A stretch of DNA of 64,000 bases from NCBI GenBank assembly GCA_963766715.1, contig CAVYBH010000012.1, positions 352,001 to 416,000 on the forward strand, written 5' to 3'. The stretch comes from an uncultured delta proteobacterium (lineage in GTDB: Bacteria; Myxococcota; Myxococcia; Myxococcales; Anaeromyxobacteraceae). Positions within the stretch are counted from its first letter, which is position 1; the number at the start of each line of letters is the position of its first letter. The position numbers and the translations under genes are program-made. Of this stretch, positions 60,577-64,000 are shown in pieces. The notes under the pieces were generated by a model. It was given only the letters and a program-made list of their open reading frames with translations. It was not told where the DNA came from and ran no database searches.

Positions 60577-62082
60577 ATGAACCAGATCGCCAATCTATGG
60601 AGCAAGCTGGCCCGGAGCGTTCGCGCCCGGATCATCCTGCCCACGGCGGTGCTCTTCGCGGCCGTCCTCGGGACCATGGTCTACGTGGCCGTCAGCGCCT
60701 ACGGGAGCGACATCGAGAAGGTGCAGCGGGAGCGGGCCGAGATCTTCGCCGCCAACGTGGCCTCCGGTGTCACCCAGACGATGATGGAGGGGCAGCCGAA
60801 CCAGGTGCCGGACCTCCTCGAGCTGGCCCGCAGCCACCGCGCCGACCTGGAATCCATCAGCCTGCTCCGGCCGGACGGGCAGGTGGCCTACTCGACGGAT
60901 CGGCGCCTCATCGGCAACCAGCTCTGGAACGGGATGTCGAGCTTCAGCCAGGCCCGCGTCGTGTCCGCGCCGGGCGGCGTGGAGTCGCAGTACGCGGTGG
61001 TCCGGCCGATCGCGAACGTGGAGAAGTGCGCCTCCTGCCACGGGCGGGAGTCGCGCATCAACGGCTGGGTCGACCTGCGCTTCACGCGCGCCCCTGCCAT
61101 GGCGGCCCAGGGAGAGCTGGCGCGCACGCTCGGAATCAGCACGGGGGTGGCCCTGCTCATCCTGCTCGCCATCGCCTGGTGGCTCATCGGCCGCGAGGCC
61201 GTGACACCGCTCAAGCGACTGGTGGCGGCCATGAGCCGCGCCGAGGCCGGGGATCTCTCGGTCCGGGCCGACGAGGGGCGCCCCGACGAGCTGGGCGTGG
61301 CGGCTCGCGGCTTCGACGCCACGCTGGCCGCCTTGCGCCGGAGCCAGGCCGAGCTCGAGGCCTTCTACCGGGAGCGCATGGTGCGGGCCGACCGCTTCGC
61401 CACCGTGGGCGAGATGGCCACAGGCCTGGCGCACGAGATCAAGAACCCCCTGGCCGGCCTCTCGGGCGCGCTCGAGCTCCTCGCCGAGGACCTGAGCGGG
61501 AACCCGCGCCAGGCGGACGTGGTCGGAGAGATGCGCCACCAGGTCGCGCGGCTCACGAACACGATGGAGAGCCTGCTCTCCTTCGCCCGGCCGCCCAAGG
61601 CCCGGCTGCGGGACACCGATCTCAACGCGGCCCTGGAGAAGGTCCTCTTCCTGGTGCGGCAGCAGCGGCGGCTCGCCGCCGTCCACGTCGAGTCCGAGCT
61701 CGGGGAGATCCCCCACGTCCTCGCGGATCCCAGCCAGCTCGAGCAGGTCTTCCTCAACATCTGCCTGAACGCCTGCCAGGCCATGGGACCGGCCGGCGGG
61801 CGGCTCACCGTCCGCTCCCGGGCGACCGAGGGGCGGGTCGTCGTGGACGTCGAGGACACCGGGCCGGGCATCCCCGAGAACGTCCGCCCCAACCTCTTCA
61901 AGCCGTTCTTCACGACCAAGCGCGAGGGGAACGGGCTCGGTCTCGCCATCTCCGCGCGCATCGTCGCCGAGCACGGCGGAAACATCGGATACCGGTGCCC
62001 GCCCGGCGGGGGGACGATCTTCACCGTCGCCCTCCAGCCCTCGAGGAGCCCGGCGGAGCGCCCCTCGGAGATGACGGCATGA
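60577..62082 (+). CDS. Sensor histidine kinase with periplasmic CxxCH and HAMP
   Basis: PIANVEKCASCH, GLAHEIKNPL, NACQA, KPFFTTK, GNGLGL. Confidence 0.92.
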   Translation: MNQIANLWSKLARSVRARIILPTAVLFAAVLGTMVYVAVSAYGSDIEKVQRERAEIFAANVASGVTQTMMEGQPNQVPDLLELARSHRADLESISLLRPDGQVAYSTDRRLIGNQLWNGMSSFSQARVVSAPGGVESQYAVVRPIANVEKCASCHGRESRINGWVDLRFTRAPAMAAQGELARTLGISTGVALLILLAIAWWLIGREAVTPLKRLVAAMSRAEAGDLSVRADEGRPDELGVAARGFDATLAALRRSQAELEAFYRERMVRADRFATVGEMATGLAHEIKNPLAGLSGALELLAEDLSGNPRQADVVGEMRHQVARLTNTMESLLSFARPPKARLRDTDLNAALEKVLFLVRQQRRLAAVHVESELGEIPHVLADPSQLEQVFLNICLNACQAMGPAGGRLTVRSRATEGRVVVDVEDTGPGIPENVRPNLFKPFFTTKREGNGLGLAISARIVAEHGGNIGYRCPPGGGTIFTVALQPSRSPAERPSEMTA

Positions 62083-63471
62083 CGAACAACCCGGCACGCA
62101 TCCTGGTCGTCGACGACGAGAAGCTCGATCCGCTGGTCCGTGGGAGAGCGGCTCCAGCGCGGCGGGTACGAGGTGCTCTCGGCGGAGTCCGGCGAGGAGG
62201 CCCTCGAGGTCCTGGCCGCCCAGTCGCCCGACCTCATGCTGCTCGACGTCCGGCTGCCCGGCATCGACGGCCTCGAGGCGCTGCAGCGGGCGCTCACCCA
62301 GTCGCCGGAGCTGGCGGTGCTCATGATGTCCGCCCACAGCACGGTCGACATCGCCGTCGAGGCCATGAAGCACGGCGCCATCGACTTCCTCGTGAAGCCC
62401 TTTCCGTTCCAGGCCCTCGACGCCGCCGTGGAGCGCGCGCTGGCCGCGGCCCGGACCCGCCGCCAGATCCAGGCGCTCACCCAGGAGCGTCGAGGGGGAG
62501 CCGAGGCCCTCTCCGCGCTGGTGGGGCAATCGTCGGCGGTGGAGCAGGTCCGCGCCATCGCCTCCCGGCTGGCCGGAAACGAGGCCACCACGGTGCTCAT
62601 CGAGGGGGAGAGCGGGGCGGGGAAGGAGGTGGTGGCGCGTGCCATCCACTTCTCCGGCGCCCGCGCCGACCGGCCCTTCCTGCAGGTGAACTGCGCCGCA
62701 CTCCCGGAGCACCTCCTCGAGAGCGAGCTCTTCGGCCACGAGCGCGGAGCCTTCACCGACGCCCACGCCCAGAAGCGCGGCCTCTTCGAGAGCGCCGAGG
62801 GCGGCACCGTGATGCTCGACGAGATCGGCGACCTCCACGCCGGCGGCCAGGCCAAGCTCCTGCGCCTGCTGGAGAACAAGACCTTCCGGCGCGTCGGCGG
62901 CGTGACCGAGCTGCGCGCCGACGTGCGGGTCCTCGCCGCCACCAACGTGAACCTGGAGGAGCGGGTCTCGGAGGGGCGCTTCCGCGCCGACCTCTTCTTC
63001 CGCCTCAACGTGGTCCGCATCCTGATGCCGGCGCTGCGGGAGCATCCGGAGGACATCCCCACGCTCTGCGCCCACTTCATCGCCCGCTTCAACCAGGAGA
63101 TGAAGCGGCACGTGAAGGGCGTGAGCGCCAACGCACTCCAGATGCTGCAGGCCTACCACTGGCCGGGCAACGTCCGCGAGCTCCGCAACGTGGTGGAGCG
63201 GGCCTTCATCCTCCACGCCGGTGCGGAGGAGTTTCGCCCCGAGCACCTGCCGCCCGAGCTCCGGGGTGCGGCCGCAGCGGCCGCCGCGAGGCGCACGGAG
63301 AGGCCGGCCGCTGTGGCTCCGCCCGAAGGGCTGGTCCTCGAGGACGTGGAGAAGAAGCTCATCCAGGAGGCGCTCGACCGGTCGAGCGGCAACCAGTCGC
63401 GGGCGGCGCGCCTGCTCGGCGTCAGCCGGGACACGCTCCGCTACCGCCTGAAGAAGCACGGGATGGCCTGA
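62079..63471 (+). CDS. Sigma54-dependent response regulator (frameshift near 62126)
   Basis: ILVVDDE, LDVRLP, GESGAGKE, GAFTDA, WPGNVREL, Fis HTH. Confidence 0.92.
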
Positions 63472-63495
63472 CCGAGCTCCCCGGCCCGGCGAAGC

Positions 63496-64000
63496 TCAGC
63501 CGGCCGCGAGCAGTGCCTGGGGCTCCTCGTCCCGCTCGCCGTGCGGGGCGAACCCCTGGAGCGCGGCGCGGAGCTTGCCGCGGGCGCGGATCTCGATCTG
63601 CCGTGCCCGCTCGCGCGAGAAGCCGAAGCGGCTTCCCAGCTCCTGGAGCGAGGTCGGCTCGTCCGCCATCAGCCGCTGCTCGATGATGTGCCGCTCCCGC
63701 TCGTCGAGGAGGGACAGGGCGAGGCTCACGCGGCTCTCCCGGTCGGCTGCCTCGCGGGCCGCTCCGAGCTGCTCGTCGGCCGGCATGGCGGAGGAGGGGA
63801 CGCGGTCGAGCTGGGTGCTGCCGCCGTCGAGGTCGGGTGCGTCGAGCGACACGTCGCGCCCCTCGATGCGCCGGGACACCTCGCGCAGGGCGTCGGGGGC
63901 CACGTGGAGGACGCGCGCGACGTTCTCGTCGACGTCGCCTTCCTCGCCCGAGCGCTCGATCTCCCGGCGCGTCCTGGCCAGGGCGAAGAAGAGCCGCCGC
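63496..64000 (-). CDS. rpoH: RpoH/sigma32-family RNA polymerase sigma factor (partial, 5' end outside window)
   Basis: RRLFFAL (RpoH-box-like), DVSLDAP, LDERER, SRERARQIE region 4. Confidence 0.8.
   Translation of the reverse strand, partial: RRLFFALARTRREIERSGEEGDVDENVARVLHVAPDALREVSRRIEGRDVSLDAPDLDGGSTQLDRVPSSAMPADEQLGAAREAADRESRVSLALSLLDERERHIIEQRLMADEPTSLQELGSRFGFSRERARQIEIRARGKLRAALQGFAPHGERDEEPQALLAAG

Overview
Very GC-rich bacterial chromosomal DNA with about 60 genes; the gene content and protein styles suggest an Anaeromyxobacter-like member of Myxococcota (inference). No rRNA, tRNA, CRISPR or mobile element was recognised. About 25 genes, several of them housekeeping, contain 1-bp frameshifts, probably long-read assembly indels rather than real pseudogenes. 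The left part (1-43 kb) is mixed metabolism. It has cimA/leuB/ilvD, an EF-G paralogue with a remodelled domain IV, aguAB and a Thermus-type homocitrate synthase coupled to a 1551-aa acyl-CoA-synthetase/unknown/GNAT fusion. It also has a PGI with a histone-like N-terminus, a CarH-type B12 photoreceptor neighbourhood, a TonB-ExbBD-receptor-lipoprotein operon with a Fur-like box, hemF and purU. The best candidate for an undescribed system is the co-oriented island at 43.1-63.5 kb. It centres on a sigma54-driven redox operon: Cys4 mini-protein, micropeptide, Tat 4x[4Fe-4S] protein, NrfD protein, triheme c7 and two membrane-anchored GcvH-like proteins that both lack the lipoyl lysine. No catalytic subunit is present. 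A nonaheme cytochrome c/cytochrome b pair follows. Around these sit three histidine kinases with extracytoplasmic heme-c motifs, two Zn-proteases embedded in signalling operons, a degenerate BchE-like radical SAM gene and a sigma54-controlled hemA.
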